Shown here piece after piece: positions 9,700 to 18,484 of a stretch of 64,000 nucleotides of DNA. The notes under the pieces were generated by a model. The model searched no databases. It saw nothing but the letters and a program-made list of their open reading frames with translations, and was not told the DNA's origin. This DNA is from a bacterium (GTDB lineage: Bacteria; Patescibacteriota; Doudnabacteria; UBA920), in the NCBI GenBank assembly GCA_016699995.1, contig CP064996.1:690963-754962 (forward strand), in the 5' to 3' direction. Position 1 is the first letter of the stretch, and each line of letters begins with the position of its first letter. A program made the position numbers and the translations under genes.

Positions 9700-10257
9700 A
9701 TGAAAAGATTGTTGTTTTTGGTAGTAGCGCCCATCGCTTTGCACAGGAGCATCATGGATAAAATTACAACTGGCTTTAAAAACCACTGTCAGTCGCTTTC
9801 GGTGATAACTGCTGAAGCTCTGGAAGAGATTGAGCCGTACCTGAATGGTACAATCAACATCGATCGGGACTCTACGGCGCTGATCTGCACCGACCAGGTT
9901 CTGGAACCCAGGCAATATGTCTATAAAGACGTTCTCTGTGCTCCTATCCATGCAAAAGCCAACTTCGAATCGGAAGTCTGTGAAGAGCATTCAACCTGCT
10001 GGGACTGGATCATCCAATTCATCAGCAGGGATCTTAAGCTCATCAAGCACCGTGATCCCCAGCCGCACGTTACCAAGCGCCGGCCAGGCAGAGTACTCAT
10101 CGGTGATGATCCCGACAAGATGGGATCAGCCGGAATTAACAACGCCCCAGGCGTGACAGCAACACCGCGCACGCCGAACCCGCAGAGACTGGACACCCCG
10201 CAAACAGTTACGGCCGAGGAGCGCGATGCGCGCAATAACGCATCCAACTGCGCCTAA
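9700..10257 (+). CDS. Hypothetical protein with a low-complexity C-terminus.
   Basis: AAGGAGGA at 9685-9692, ATG at 9700. The overlapping minus-strand ORFs lack an RBS and translate to low-complexity sequence. Confidence 0.45.
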   Translation: MKRLLFLVVAPIALHRSIMDKITTGFKNHCQSLSVITAEALEEIEPYLNGTINIDRDSTALICTDQVLEPRQYVYKDVLCAPIHAKANFESEVCEEHSTCWDWIIQFISRDLKLIKHRDPQPHVTKRRPGRVLIGDDPDKMGSAGINNAPGVTATPRTPNPQRLDTPQTVTAEERDARNNASNCA

Positions 10258-10312
10258 AATGGCAATACAATTGTAGCCTTATATGGCAATCCGCTATCGT
10301 TATAGCGGATTT

Positions 10313-11005
10313 TTATTTAGACAGAACCAAAACTATTTTTCTATCCGGTTTCATTTCCTGAGCATGGTTGTCCCAATCTGCAGCTGCGTTGTGCAAATCC
10401 TGAAAAGTGAATTCATTGCCATTCCCCCGTTCTGTGCCAGGATCATTAATAATAAATTTACCATTCCGATAGCCGCGGATTACCACCATATGGTATGTGG
10501 GGCCCTCATTGCGGTACTGCTGACCCTTTATTAGCTTGGCATTGATAGGCAGCAATATAGGATAACCCGAAGCTAATTCTCTCTTGAGGTCCTGCTCAGT
10601 AAAACCAGCTATTTGAGTCACTTTCAAAGAGAAAGCCCCTTCAGCCATTCTGGTTGTAGCGTCCGCACCAGTATCCACATTGAAACCCAAATTAGCATCC
10701 TCCCAAATTTTTAAATTATCAATAGATTTTTGGGCTTCACTTGACTCAAGCGTATTGGAAGTATTGCCGCTCAAAAACGCATTCGCCATAGTGATGCTTG
10801 TCTCTTCACAGTCTTCATTGCGGCTCCAGTTATCATTGGGAGCTTGCGGGCTAAAGGGTATGGGGAGAATTACCTGATCGGGCAAATTCTCGGACCGATC
10901 GGAAGAAGCAGGGAATGATTTTGTAAAAGTAAATAAGCCTGCCACGGCAAGGGCGACTATGCCAATTGCCAAAGGTAAATTAAAAAGTTTTTCTTGTGCG
11001 CTCAT
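10313..11005 (-). CDS. Membrane-anchored papain-like peptidase with a C39-like domain (PF13529-like).
   Basis: Start taken at the internal ATG (11005), which yields a short cytoplasmic tail followed by a TM helix. Cys motif NEDCEETSITMANAF resembles the Q..N..CGPTSLAM core; His motif YHMVVIRGY...FIINDPG follows. Confidence 0.55.
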   Translation of the reverse strand: MSAQEKLFNLPLAIGIVALAVAGLFTFTKSFPASSDRSENLPDQVILPIPFSPQAPNDNWSRNEDCEETSITMANAFLSGNTSNTLESSEAQKSIDNLKIWEDANLGFNVDTGADATTRMAEGAFSLKVTQIAGFTEQDLKRELASGYPILLPINAKLIKGQQYRNEGPTYHMVVIRGYRNGKFIINDPGTERGNGNEFTFQDLHNAAADWDNHAQEMKPDRKIVLVLSK

Positions 11006-11105
11006 ATTAAGTATTTTAAGGTTGTACCGTATGAATCGGATATTTAGCAACAATTGTTTCAGAAAATATTTGAAACTTTTCTTAACTAACAGCGATTTTA
11101 CTAAC

Positions 11106-11528
11106 ATGGAACAACAAATCGAACAATCTCAAACCCCAACGAGCAAGCCGCATTACCACGGTCCCGTGGTGCGCTACCTGTTTCTCACTACAGCCGTCAT
11201 GCTGCTAGTGAGTCTCCCCTATGCCACTAAAGAAGCCGGTGGATTTTCGCAATCGGTATTAGTTATGGTCATTGCCATATTAGTTATAGCTGCCGGATTC
11301 ACCAGCCGTATCCAAAAAGCCGGAGTGGTGGTAGATTTTGTCATCGCCATGATCGGCTTCTTTATTGCCGAAAGCTCAGCGCTAAGTCTGTACCAAGCAG
11401 AGAATTTAGATACTAAAATCTTCACTACATATCTGGCCGTTTCGATTATGATGCTTTTTGCTATGTACTTTAGTATCCGAAGTATAGTAAGATTGTTTTA
11501 CACAGACAACGATTCGCGGACGGGGTAA
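11106..11528 (+). CDS. Hypothetical 4-TM membrane protein.
   Basis: ATG at 11106. Choosing the longer 10959 start would overlap the divergent gene. Hydrophobic segments throughout. Confidence 0.45.
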   Translation: MEQQIEQSQTPTSKPHYHGPVVRYLFLTTAVMLLVSLPYATKEAGGFSQSVLVMVIAILVIAAGFTSRIQKAGVVVDFVIAMIGFFIAESSALSLYQAENLDTKIFTTYLAVSIMMLFAMYFSIRSIVRLFYTDNDSRTG

Positions 11529-11627
11529 TTTTTAGGGGGGTGTATGAGCAGCAACGAAGCTGATAAGATGATCTTGAAGGAATTAAAAGCTCGCGCCGAG
11601 AAAGAAAAGCAACTGTAGGTTAAACAG

Positions 11628-11942
11628 ATGCTGCGCCAGGAACAAACAAGCAGCCGCGCCGAAAAGGTTTCCGAAGAGACCATTCGCGCAGGGGTTTTAT
11701 CATCTCTTCTTAAGCAGCCTCAGCACATTTATATCAATGTAAAGCAACAAAGGCTTTTTCTGTCTCCGGAAGGCAAGGTGGATCTTAAGTCCGTACCTTT
11801 AAGAGAAAGGGTTTTAGCAACAGGCGAAAAGGTGATTATCCTCACAGATACCAGTGAGTACAGTGCGGCTGTCATTAGCGCCGTAAGATGTAAAAATGCT
11901 ACCCAGCTCGGCCAAACCGATATCGTCGTTCAACGCTGCTAA
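11628..11942 (+). CDS. Hypothetical protein (104 aa). A possible 24-aa ORF at 11544-11618 precedes it, with a GGGGGG RBS.
   Basis: Complete ORF, followed by a hairpin with a T-run at 11953-11996. Confidence 0.4.
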   Translation: MLRQEQTSSRAEKVSEETIRAGVLSSLLKQPQHIYINVKQQRLFLSPEGKVDLKSVPLRERVLATGEKVIILTDTSEYSAAVISAVRCKNATQLGQTDIVVQRC

Positions 11943-12071
11943 AAATAAAATGAATCCGCACACAGCTACTTAGCTTAATGAGCGGATTTTTTTATTTACC
12001 CTTATTTGAAACATTTTTACTTCCGGGACGATTTACCTAACAGAGGGAAATAAATAATAGAAAGGATATAT

Positions 12072-12425
12072 ATGAACGCATACAACTCAAACGCTACCCG
12101 CCCCCTATACCGCGGCACGCAAATTGTCTGGTATATTCTCGGCATCATCGAAGCCCTGCTGGCATTCCGTTTTGTCCTAAAGCTGCTAGGAGCAAATCCC
12201 AATGCAGGGTTTACCGACTTCATTTATTCTGTCACCTACCCTTTTGCGGCTCCCTTCCTGGCTGTATTCAATATCACCCAGGTAGAAGGCAGCGTCTTTG
12301 AATGGACAACTTTGCTAGCGATGCTAGTCTACTACCTCATTGCCCTAGCCCTTATCCAGCTATTTGTTATGAGCAAACCAGTTTCCACGCCCGAGGCTGC
12401 GGTAAAGTTAGACAACCAAGAATAG
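12072..12425 (+). CDS. YggT-family membrane protein.
   Basis: YILGIIEALLAFRFVLKLLGANPNAGFTDFIYSVTYPFAAPF matches the YGGT repeat pattern. RBS GAAAGGA. Confidence 0.6.
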   Translation: MNAYNSNATRPLYRGTQIVWYILGIIEALLAFRFVLKLLGANPNAGFTDFIYSVTYPFAAPFLAVFNITQVEGSVFEWTTLLAMLVYYLIALALIQLFVMSKPVSTPEAAVKLDNQE

Positions 12426-12492
12426 GCAGCAGTGAACTGCTGGTCAGTAACCTTATATAGAATCAACAAGAATAAAAAAACGCAATTATAAA

Positions 12493-12520
12493 AAGCTGCG
12501 AATTACTTCGCAGCTTTTGT
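12493..12520. terminator. Bidirectional rho-independent terminator.
   Basis: Perfect 10-bp stem aagctgcgaa / ttcgcagctt with loop ttac and T-runs on both sides. It lies between genes ending at 12425 (+) and 12522 (-). Confidence 0.7.
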
Positions 12521-12521
12521 A

Positions 12522-12830
12522 TTATCTACTCTCCGGTTCGGGCATCGCCTCCAGCGGTTCCACCTGAGGTATAATCTCAGTCTCAACCACGGGCCCAGCC
12601 GGATCCAGCCGGACGAAATCTTCGCCTTCGGTTGCAACATACTGGGCAGCGGCGTTTTCGTTTACGACAACAGGATCCCCGTTGTCATCCAAGCCAAGTC
12701 TTATGGCCGCGTCGTTATTCCGCCTAATCATACGCATGGAAGCGAGCGCGAAAAGGACAAAAATCAGAACTATAAACACAAGCCCCAGACTGTCCCCAGT
12801 GGTTGAAAAAAAGAGAAAAAGTGAAAACAT
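12522..12830 (-). CDS. Small membrane protein (102 aa).
   Basis: RBS TAGGAGG upstream (revcomp of 12833-12845); N-terminal TM helix. Confidence 0.5.
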   Translation of the reverse strand: MFSLFLFFSTTGDSLGLVFIVLIFVLFALASMRMIRRNNDAAIRLGLDDNGDPVVVNENAAAQYVATEGEDFVRLDPAGPVVETEIIPQVEPLEAMPEPESR

Positions 12831-12892
12831 AATTGTGCCTCCTAAAGGTTATTCGAACCCAGTAGTATATAAAAAAATTGGCCGGCTGTCAA

Positions 12893-14260
12893 TCAGCCGA
12901 CCATGGCAATTATTGCTCCTACAGCAGCCACCGTCATAAGGACCAAAGATATATACCCCACGGCCTTAGACCACAGACCGTTGACCCATTTCCCCATTAC
13001 GTTGCGGTTGCTGCTAATTTTAACAATAAAATAAATAATGAACGGCGCTACGATACCGTTTAGCACCGCCGACCAAATCAGAGCCTTAATAGGGTTAATA
13101 CCTATCAGGTTGAGAGCAAAACCAAACATCATGGCAAAAATTATTACCCCATAGAAAGCCTGCGCGTGCTTGAGTCCACGATTAAGGCCGAAACTCCAGT
13201 GGAAGCTTTCAGCCAGGGCATAAGCAGCGCTACCCGCCAGTACCGGAACTGCCAAAAGGCCGGTTCCAATAATTCCTAATGCAAACAAAGTATAAGCCTG
13301 TTGTCCTGCTAATGGTAGCAAGGCTCTGGCCGCATCTTCGGCCGTGTTAACCATGATCCCCTGAGGAAAAAGCACGGCGGCACAAGTAACTATCACGAAA
13401 AACATCACTACATTAGAAAACAACATTCCAACAGTAACATCTAAGCGCATGCGGCGCACTTCCTTTTTTCTCAAAGACTGGTGGCGAAGCTTGATGTTAA
13501 TCTTCCCGTTTGCCCTACGCTCCTCTACTTCCTGTGAAGTCTGCCAAAAAAACAGATACGGCGAAATTGTAGTTCCAAGTATTGCGGTCACGATAACAAA
13601 ACCTTCTTTGGTAAGAGGCATGTGGGGCACTAGTGTATGGTACCAGATTTCCTTCCAGGGAAGATTATCCAGAGTTAGAGCTGTAGCAATATATAGAAGT
13701 AATACAAAAGAGAGATACTTTAGAAATCTTGCATAGCTGGAATAAGAAACGAAGACCTGCAGCCCCATACTAACAATCGTAAAAATTAAAAGCAGGGTGA
13801 GAAAGTGAAAGCCGGGAAGCATTAATTGGGCAGCTTTAGACATCGCCCCTAAATTTGCTCCCAGATTAAAAGTATTAGTGAAAAAAAGCACAGCAGCCAA
13901 AACTGCTACCACATTCTTAGAATAGCTAGTGCGAATATTAGACGCCAAGCCCCGACCAGTCGCCATACCAATGCGCGCGCACATCTCTTGAATCGTAGCC
14001 ATCAATGGAAAAGTCAGTGGCGCGAGCCATAAAAACATATACCCAAACTGGGCTCCGGTCTGTGAGTAAGTCGCTATGCCAGAAGGGTCATCATCGGAGG
14101 CGCCGGTTGTTAATCCTGGGCCAACAGCATGCCAGTAGTCTTGAGCCTCATGCAAAGGCTTGTTTAAAGAACTAAGCGCGTGCTCGCTGCCAGCAATGGC
14201 ATCTTCTAAAGCTTTTGCAGGAGCCTCTGCAACTTTAGTTATTATTTCTTCGGTTTTCAT
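12893..14260 (-). CDS. mntH: NRAMP-family divalent metal (Mn2+/Fe2+) transporter.
   Basis: GPGLTTGASDDDPSGIATYSQTGAQFGY matches the Nramp DPGN-region signature. About 11 TM segments; 455 aa. Confidence 0.85.
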   Translation of the reverse strand: MKTEEIITKVAEAPAKALEDAIAGSEHALSSLNKPLHEAQDYWHAVGPGLTTGASDDDPSGIATYSQTGAQFGYMFLWLAPLTFPLMATIQEMCARIGMATGRGLASNIRTSYSKNVVAVLAAVLFFTNTFNLGANLGAMSKAAQLMLPGFHFLTLLLIFTIVSMGLQVFVSYSSYARFLKYLSFVLLLYIATALTLDNLPWKEIWYHTLVPHMPLTKEGFVIVTAILGTTISPYLFFWQTSQEVEERRANGKINIKLRHQSLRKKEVRRMRLDVTVGMLFSNVVMFFVIVTCAAVLFPQGIMVNTAEDAARALLPLAGQQAYTLFALGIIGTGLLAVPVLAGSAAYALAESFHWSFGLNRGLKHAQAFYGVIIFAMMFGFALNLIGINPIKALIWSAVLNGIVAPFIIYFIVKISSNRNVMGKWVNGLWSKAVGYISLVLMTVAAVGAIIAMVG

Positions 14261-14419
14261 TTAGGGCTTGTTTTGATTTCTATTAGTTAAATGGCAGAAA
14301 ATGCCGCTGTCTCAACAGCACTCCTCGCTTCGCCATCCGGCTCGCTCGTGCGTTTGCGGACTGTCTCGCCATCGGCATTTTCTGCCAATATGTCCTAATA
14401 ATAACCAAATAAACAGCCT

Positions 14420-14448
14420 TTGACAAATTCAGGCAGAAAAGTTATAAT
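14420..14448 (+). promoter_or_regulatory. Consensus sigma-70 promoter (TTGACA-17-TATAAT) for infC-rpmI-rplT.
   Basis: ttgaca at 14420-14425, a 17-nt spacer, tataat at 14443-14448. It sits 34 nt upstream of the infC start. Confidence 0.65.
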
Positions 14449-14481
14449 ATACAACAGTTATACTAATATTTAAGCCCTCAA

Positions 14482-14988
14482 TTGCAAAAGACCAGAGTTA
14501 ACAAGCAAATTACCGCACCGGAAATCCGTCTTCTAAACGATGCCGGCGAACAGCTGGGAATCTTCCCTATAGCTAAAGCGCAGGAATTGGCAGCTGAATA
14601 CGGCTTAGATTTAGTAGAAGTGTCTCCAGGCGCACAGCCTCCTGTGGTCAAACTTATCAGTTTTGATAAGTTTAAATACCAGCAGAAGAAAATGGAGCAG
14701 CAACAAAAAAAGAAGGTTAAGAAAGTGGAAGTCAAAACCATCCGGTTGAGCGCCAAAATCGCTTCTCACGACATTGCCACTAAAGCCAAGCGCGCCGATG
14801 AATTCTTGCAGGATGGCGACTGGGTAAAACTTGACCTCCGCATGCGAGGCCGTGAACAAGCTTTTGTGAATCTGGCCGAGCAACAGATGGAACTGTTTAA
14901 AACTTCGCTTACTACCCCCTTTAGAATCGAAGTGCCCCCAAAGCGTGCTGGTAATTCACTTAGCATGACCTTGGCTCCATCAAAATAA
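14482..14988 (+). CDS. infC: Translation initiation factor IF-3.
   Basis: KQITAPEIRLLNDAGEQLGI... and conserved IF-3 N- and C-domains. It starts at a non-ATG codon (TTG at 14482), as is typical for autoregulated infC. Confidence 0.9.
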   Translation: MQKTRVNKQITAPEIRLLNDAGEQLGIFPIAKAQELAAEYGLDLVEVSPGAQPPVVKLISFDKFKYQQKKMEQQQKKKVKKVEVKTIRLSAKIASHDIATKAKRADEFLQDGDWVKLDLRMRGREQAFVNLAEQQMELFKTSLTTPFRIEVPPKRAGNSLSMTLAPSK

Positions 14989-15005
14989 TTATTTCATTTA
15001 ACATT

Positions 15006-15200
15006 ATGCCTAAAGCAAAAACTCATCAAGGAACCGCCAAACGTTTCCGTAAGACCAAATCCGGCAAAATTATGCATCGCGTAAGCGGCCAGGATCACTT
15101 TAACAGCCGCGAAACTGGCAAGACCACCAAGAATAAGCGCCGTGACGTAACCATGAGCGCTGCTAACAACCGCCTTAAGCAGTTGATTGTTCACAAGTAA
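15006..15200 (+). CDS. rpmI: 50S ribosomal protein L35.
   Basis: MPKAKTHQGTAKRFRKTKSGKIMHR... Confidence 0.9.
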   Translation: MPKAKTHQGTAKRFRKTKSGKIMHRVSGQDHFNSRETGKTTKNKRRDVTMSAANNRLKQLIVHK

Positions 15201-15220
15201 TTCTGTAACCATATAAACCC

Positions 15221-15568
15221 ATGACAAGAATCAAACGAGGCGTTGCTGCTAGCAAGCGCCGTAAAAATTTAATTAAGCGAGCCAAAGGTTTTGACAACCG
15301 ACGCTCTACCAACTTCCGCCAGGCACGCGAGGCTTTGCTTAAAGCAGACAGCTATGCATACCGCGACCGCCGCAACAAAAAGCGCGACCAGCGCGCATTA
15401 TGGCTTGTACGCTTAGGCGCAGCCCTCCGCGACAATGGCACTACCTGGAGCAAGTTCGCAGCAATACTTAAAAAAGAAGGCATTACCGTTAACCGTAAAA
15501 TGCTTTCCGAAATGTCCATCAAGGCTCCAGCCGGATTCGACAAATTAGTAGCAGACTTAACGAAATAA
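15221..15568 (+). CDS. rplT: 50S ribosomal protein L20.
   Basis: MTRIKRGVAASKRRKNLIKRAKGF...ALWLVRLGAALR. Confidence 0.9.
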   Translation: MTRIKRGVAASKRRKNLIKRAKGFDNRRSTNFRQAREALLKADSYAYRDRRNKKRDQRALWLVRLGAALRDNGTTWSKFAAILKKEGITVNRKMLSEMSIKAPAGFDKLVADLTK

Positions 15569-15572
15569 TAAA

Positions 15573-15627
15573 AACCGGCTCCGGCCGGTTTTAAATTTTT
15601 AAAGACCGGCCAATGCCGGTCTTTTAA
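15573..15627. terminator. Tandem GC-rich hairpins with T-runs; bidirectional terminator.
   Basis: accggc-tccg-gccggt, then agaccggc-caat-gccggtct followed by tttt. It lies between rplT (+) and the gene ending at 15645 (-). Confidence 0.75.
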
Positions 15628-15644
15628 TTTGTACGAATTGCGGA

Positions 15645-16244
15645 TTAGCGATTAGTGCCAGTTGCCGGTGTTTGAGTCTGCTGTTGATTTTGGTTCTGCT
15701 GTTGCTGTTGCTGCTGTTGGTTGTTAGTGCCATTAGCGGTATTAGCTTTGTCTTCGCGGATCTTGGTCATAACTGTACCATCTTCTTTGATGTCTTCGTA
15801 GAACAAGATCTGGTCGCGGTTGATCTTCATTTCATCTACAGGACCATGCAGCTCTTTGCCTAACTTAACCAGCAATAGTTGCTGTTGTTGCTGTTGCTGT
15901 TGCTGACCGTTCTGACCAGAACCTTGCAAGCCTGGTTGAGGAGCTACCTGAAGATAATAAATGTCTGTCAAAGTGGCGTAAGTTGCGCTAACATCGCTAA
16001 GCTTGCCAAAGTAAACCTGGCCGTTTGTTAAGAATACAGCCTGATACCCAGACGGCTTGGATTCTTGAGCAGTTGTAGATGCATTATTGGCTGCATCGGA
16101 CGGGAACAAACGATCGCGGAACAATGCTACGCCCAAGATAATTAATAAAATTACTACTGCCAAGATCACCCAAGGCAAATTGCTGCGGCCAGCAGATTGG
16201 TTCATTCCAAATGACTGACCATTACGGTTATTTTCTTCTGACAT
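15645..16244 (-). CDS. Membrane-anchored hypothetical protein with two poly-glutamine tracts.
   Basis: TM helix LPWVILAVVILLIILGVAL. Tracts Q(11) and QQQQQQQQNQNQQQ are encoded by (CAG/CAA)n repeats visible as (ctg/ttg)n on the plus strand at 15681-15730 and 15884-15915. Confidence 0.6.
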   Translation of the reverse strand: MSEENNRNGQSFGMNQSAGRSNLPWVILAVVILLIILGVALFRDRLFPSDAANNASTTAQESKPSGYQAVFLTNGQVYFGKLSDVSATYATLTDIYYLQVAPQPGLQGSGQNGQQQQQQQQQLLLVKLGKELHGPVDEMKINRDQILFYEDIKEDGTVMTKIREDKANTANGTNNQQQQQQQQNQNQQQTQTPATGTNR

Positions 16245-16293
16245 ATTTGTTTAGTTAATTTAATTTATTAAAGGATAAGGAAACGGGAACTGC

Positions 16294-16833
16294 TCAACAG
16301 CGCATAACCACAAGGTGGTTATTGCCGGGAGAAACCCATCGGACAGGCTCATCAGCAATGGAGTCGGTTTGCTTTAGGGTCCATTCCCTTGTTAATTCAT
16401 TTAGGATTTTAACCCCCATAACAGGTACTATCCCCGCATCCGCCCTTTTATCGCTGGGAGCGAGCACAGGTTCCGGGATAAAGGAATCTTGGGTTGTCTT
16501 TATGGCTATTTCGGGCAAATTATTAGGCACCGAAAGTAACGCCACTGCATAGTCTGTTCTTGCTTCAGAGATGGCGATAGAATTACACCCTTGCCATAAC
16601 ATTAAGCTCACTGTGTCTGAGGAACTGCCGCATAAAACAGCGTCTGCTTTTGGCAATGAATTAGTTATCGTCACCGTTGAGCTTGCCGAATTAGCTAACT
16701 CCAATACAGCTTTGTTTTCGGTTGCAGGGGATATTGGTTCGAATTTATTTGCCTGACCAGAAGCAACTTGTGGTCCTAAGCCGCTTAATAACACGCTGGT
16801 TATAGCAATGATTTTGTATAATATCTGTCTCAT
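16294..16833 (-). CDS. Secreted hypothetical protein (signal peptide).
   Basis: N-terminus MRQILYKIIAITSVLLSGLG. Its ATG overlaps the stop of the upstream gene (TAATG) at 16831-16835. Confidence 0.55.
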   Translation of the reverse strand: MRQILYKIIAITSVLLSGLGPQVASGQANKFEPISPATENKAVLELANSASSTVTITNSLPKADAVLCGSSSDTVSLMLWQGCNSIAISEARTDYAVALLSVPNNLPEIAIKTTQDSFIPEPVLAPSDKRADAGIVPVMGVKILNELTREWTLKQTDSIADEPVRWVSPGNNHLVVMRC

Positions 16834-17714
16834 TATTCTGTAGGTGCTGCTACTTGATCCCCGGCGACTTGAGGAATAATTGTTTCTATCGGCTGGCCTT
16901 TATCCTTATAGATAACCGTGGTCATCTCTACTGCATCATTATTCTTCAAATTACTTAAAATGAACATGCTCGAAGCAGCAATTGCCAAAACCATCGCTAG
17001 GGCCGGCCATAACCAGACTATCTTTGTATCATTCGGGCGATATGTTTCTATGGGATCGGCAAACTCGAGCATGTCGACGCCTGATTGATGGGAATTTGTG
17101 ATGCCCAGGCTCGGCACATATTGACTGCGCAGATCTGTACGCCCTTGCAAAATCTGCTCATGGCGCATCAGCATTTCTTTTTGCTGTTCCTGTTCTGCGG
17201 CAACCCTCTTTACCAAACCGGACATCTGCAACACATCGGTGCGCAGCTCTTCCAGGCGCATCTTGGTTACTAAAGTTTGCAGGCTATGATGAGAACGAGC
17301 CGCTTGCGGACGCTGCTCTAAACGAATAGGAACGCTGTTCACTTCGCTAATCAAGTAATTAGAAGTCACAACCGGGGACTCCTGGACTCCGCTTTGCGTC
17401 TCCCCTTCTTGCGTGTCAGCTGCCATAGGTTCGATTGCTACAGACTCGGGCTGAATAAATTCTGCGACATCAGATGCTGCAGGATTGCTTAACAAGGATT
17501 GAATCTCGGACTGCGTCGTATACCAGTTGCGGCCTATTTTTGCAGCTCGCAACTTACCAAGCCGACAAAGCTGTCCTAAATAATCCTGGTGGTAGCCAGA
17601 GATTTGGGCAGCTTGGGATAAAGATATCCTGTGAGGGAATTGGGTTTTGATGAGGATTGAATCCACTTTTACTTTTGTTTCAGCCAGTTTTGGCATATTG
17701 CAAAACTCTGTCAT
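16833..17714 (-). CDS. Protein with an N-terminal MerR/excisionase-type HTH, a coiled coil and a C-terminal TM anchor.
   Basis: ISLSQAAQISGYHQDYLGQLCRLGKLRAAKIGRNWY is an HTH_17-like motif. The central Q/E-rich region is helical; TM helix WLWPALAMVLAIAASSMFIL near the C-terminus. Confidence 0.5.
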   Translation of the reverse strand: MTEFCNMPKLAETKVKVDSILIKTQFPHRISLSQAAQISGYHQDYLGQLCRLGKLRAAKIGRNWYTTQSEIQSLLSNPAASDVAEFIQPESVAIEPMAADTQEGETQSGVQESPVVTSNYLISEVNSVPIRLEQRPQAARSHHSLQTLVTKMRLEELRTDVLQMSGLVKRVAAEQEQQKEMLMRHEQILQGRTDLRSQYVPSLGITNSHQSGVDMLEFADPIETYRPNDTKIVWLWPALAMVLAIAASSMFILSNLKNNDAVEMTTVIYKDKGQPIETIIPQVAGDQVAAPTE

Positions 17715-17881
17715 TAAATATTTAGCAACAAGGTTTTACTATGAGGTTTACCGAATTATTATAGCACATTTGGGTGCTTTGTGTCAGGTTTTGTGAACTT
17801 ATCTAACTTTTTATACTTGACGGATATAGATATTAAAATGTATGATGATTTTGCGTTAAATTTTTAAACATTCAGACAAAC

Positions 17882-18361
17882 ATGCCACGCCCCCTCTCTC
17901 CATTCTCACAACAAATTCTTCTGCATTTGCAAGACACCGGTCCACAGATGCTGCACAAGCTGTATGAAAAGTTCGGAGACAAAGCCAGCAAGAAAAAAAT
18001 TTATGACACCATGTTTCGCTTAGTATCTCAAGGTGTTGTAAATTTGCAATCCGACCGTTACAGCGTTAGCGAAGATGCCAGTATTCTAATGCACACCATC
18101 AGCAAAGAGCGCGACGGCATCTGGAAAATGGTTATCTTCGATATCCCAGAAACCCAGCGCCAGGTTCGCAATGTACTGCGCGCCAAGCTTATCTCTTTAG
18201 GGTTCAAAAAATGGCAGAACAGCATTTGGATGTCGCCTTACACCTTGGCTCCAGAGATTGAAGAAGAATTAAACCAACTTGCAAAAAAATTCTTTATCCG
18301 CTTAATCAAAACTTCCGACATCAACGACACCACCGACCTCGAAAAACTGTTTAGAGAATAG
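17882..18361 (+). CDS. Putative transcriptional regulator: N-terminal winged helix plus a C-terminal region with a Cas2/PaaX_C-like sequence pattern.
   Basis: ...VIFDIPETQRQVRNVLRAKLISLGFKKWQNSIWMSP resembles the V.YDI...RR..V...L...G.R.Q.SVFE pattern of the Cas2/VapD fold. There is no CRISPR array or other cas gene nearby. Confidence 0.45.
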   Translation: MPRPLSPFSQQILLHLQDTGPQMLHKLYEKFGDKASKKKIYDTMFRLVSQGVVNLQSDRYSVSEDASILMHTISKERDGIWKMVIFDIPETQRQVRNVLRAKLISLGFKKWQNSIWMSPYTLAPEIEEELNQLAKKFFIRLIKTSDINDTTDLEKLFRE

Positions 18362-18484
18362 TTGTATTGTTGAAAAATAGAAAAGCATTACTTTAAGCGT
18401 ACTTCATCGCCCAGCTGCCATTTGCGAAAGCAAATGAACAGCGTAGCGATTCGGGAGCGCAAGTAATGCTTTTTTATCTTATAT

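Noticed and set aside
9664-10247. Minus-strand ORFs 9921..10247 and 9664..9990.
   Set aside because: They overlap the plus-strand ORF 9700..10257, which has a strong AAGGAGGA RBS. The minus-strand translations are Ser/Arg/Cys-rich low-complexity sequence typical of antisense frames.
14482-14484. The TTG start of infC flagged as a possible annotation problem.
   Set aside because: Non-AUG initiation is the norm for infC because of IF-3 autoregulation. The N-terminal alignment KQITAPEIRLLND... fits IF-3 from this start.
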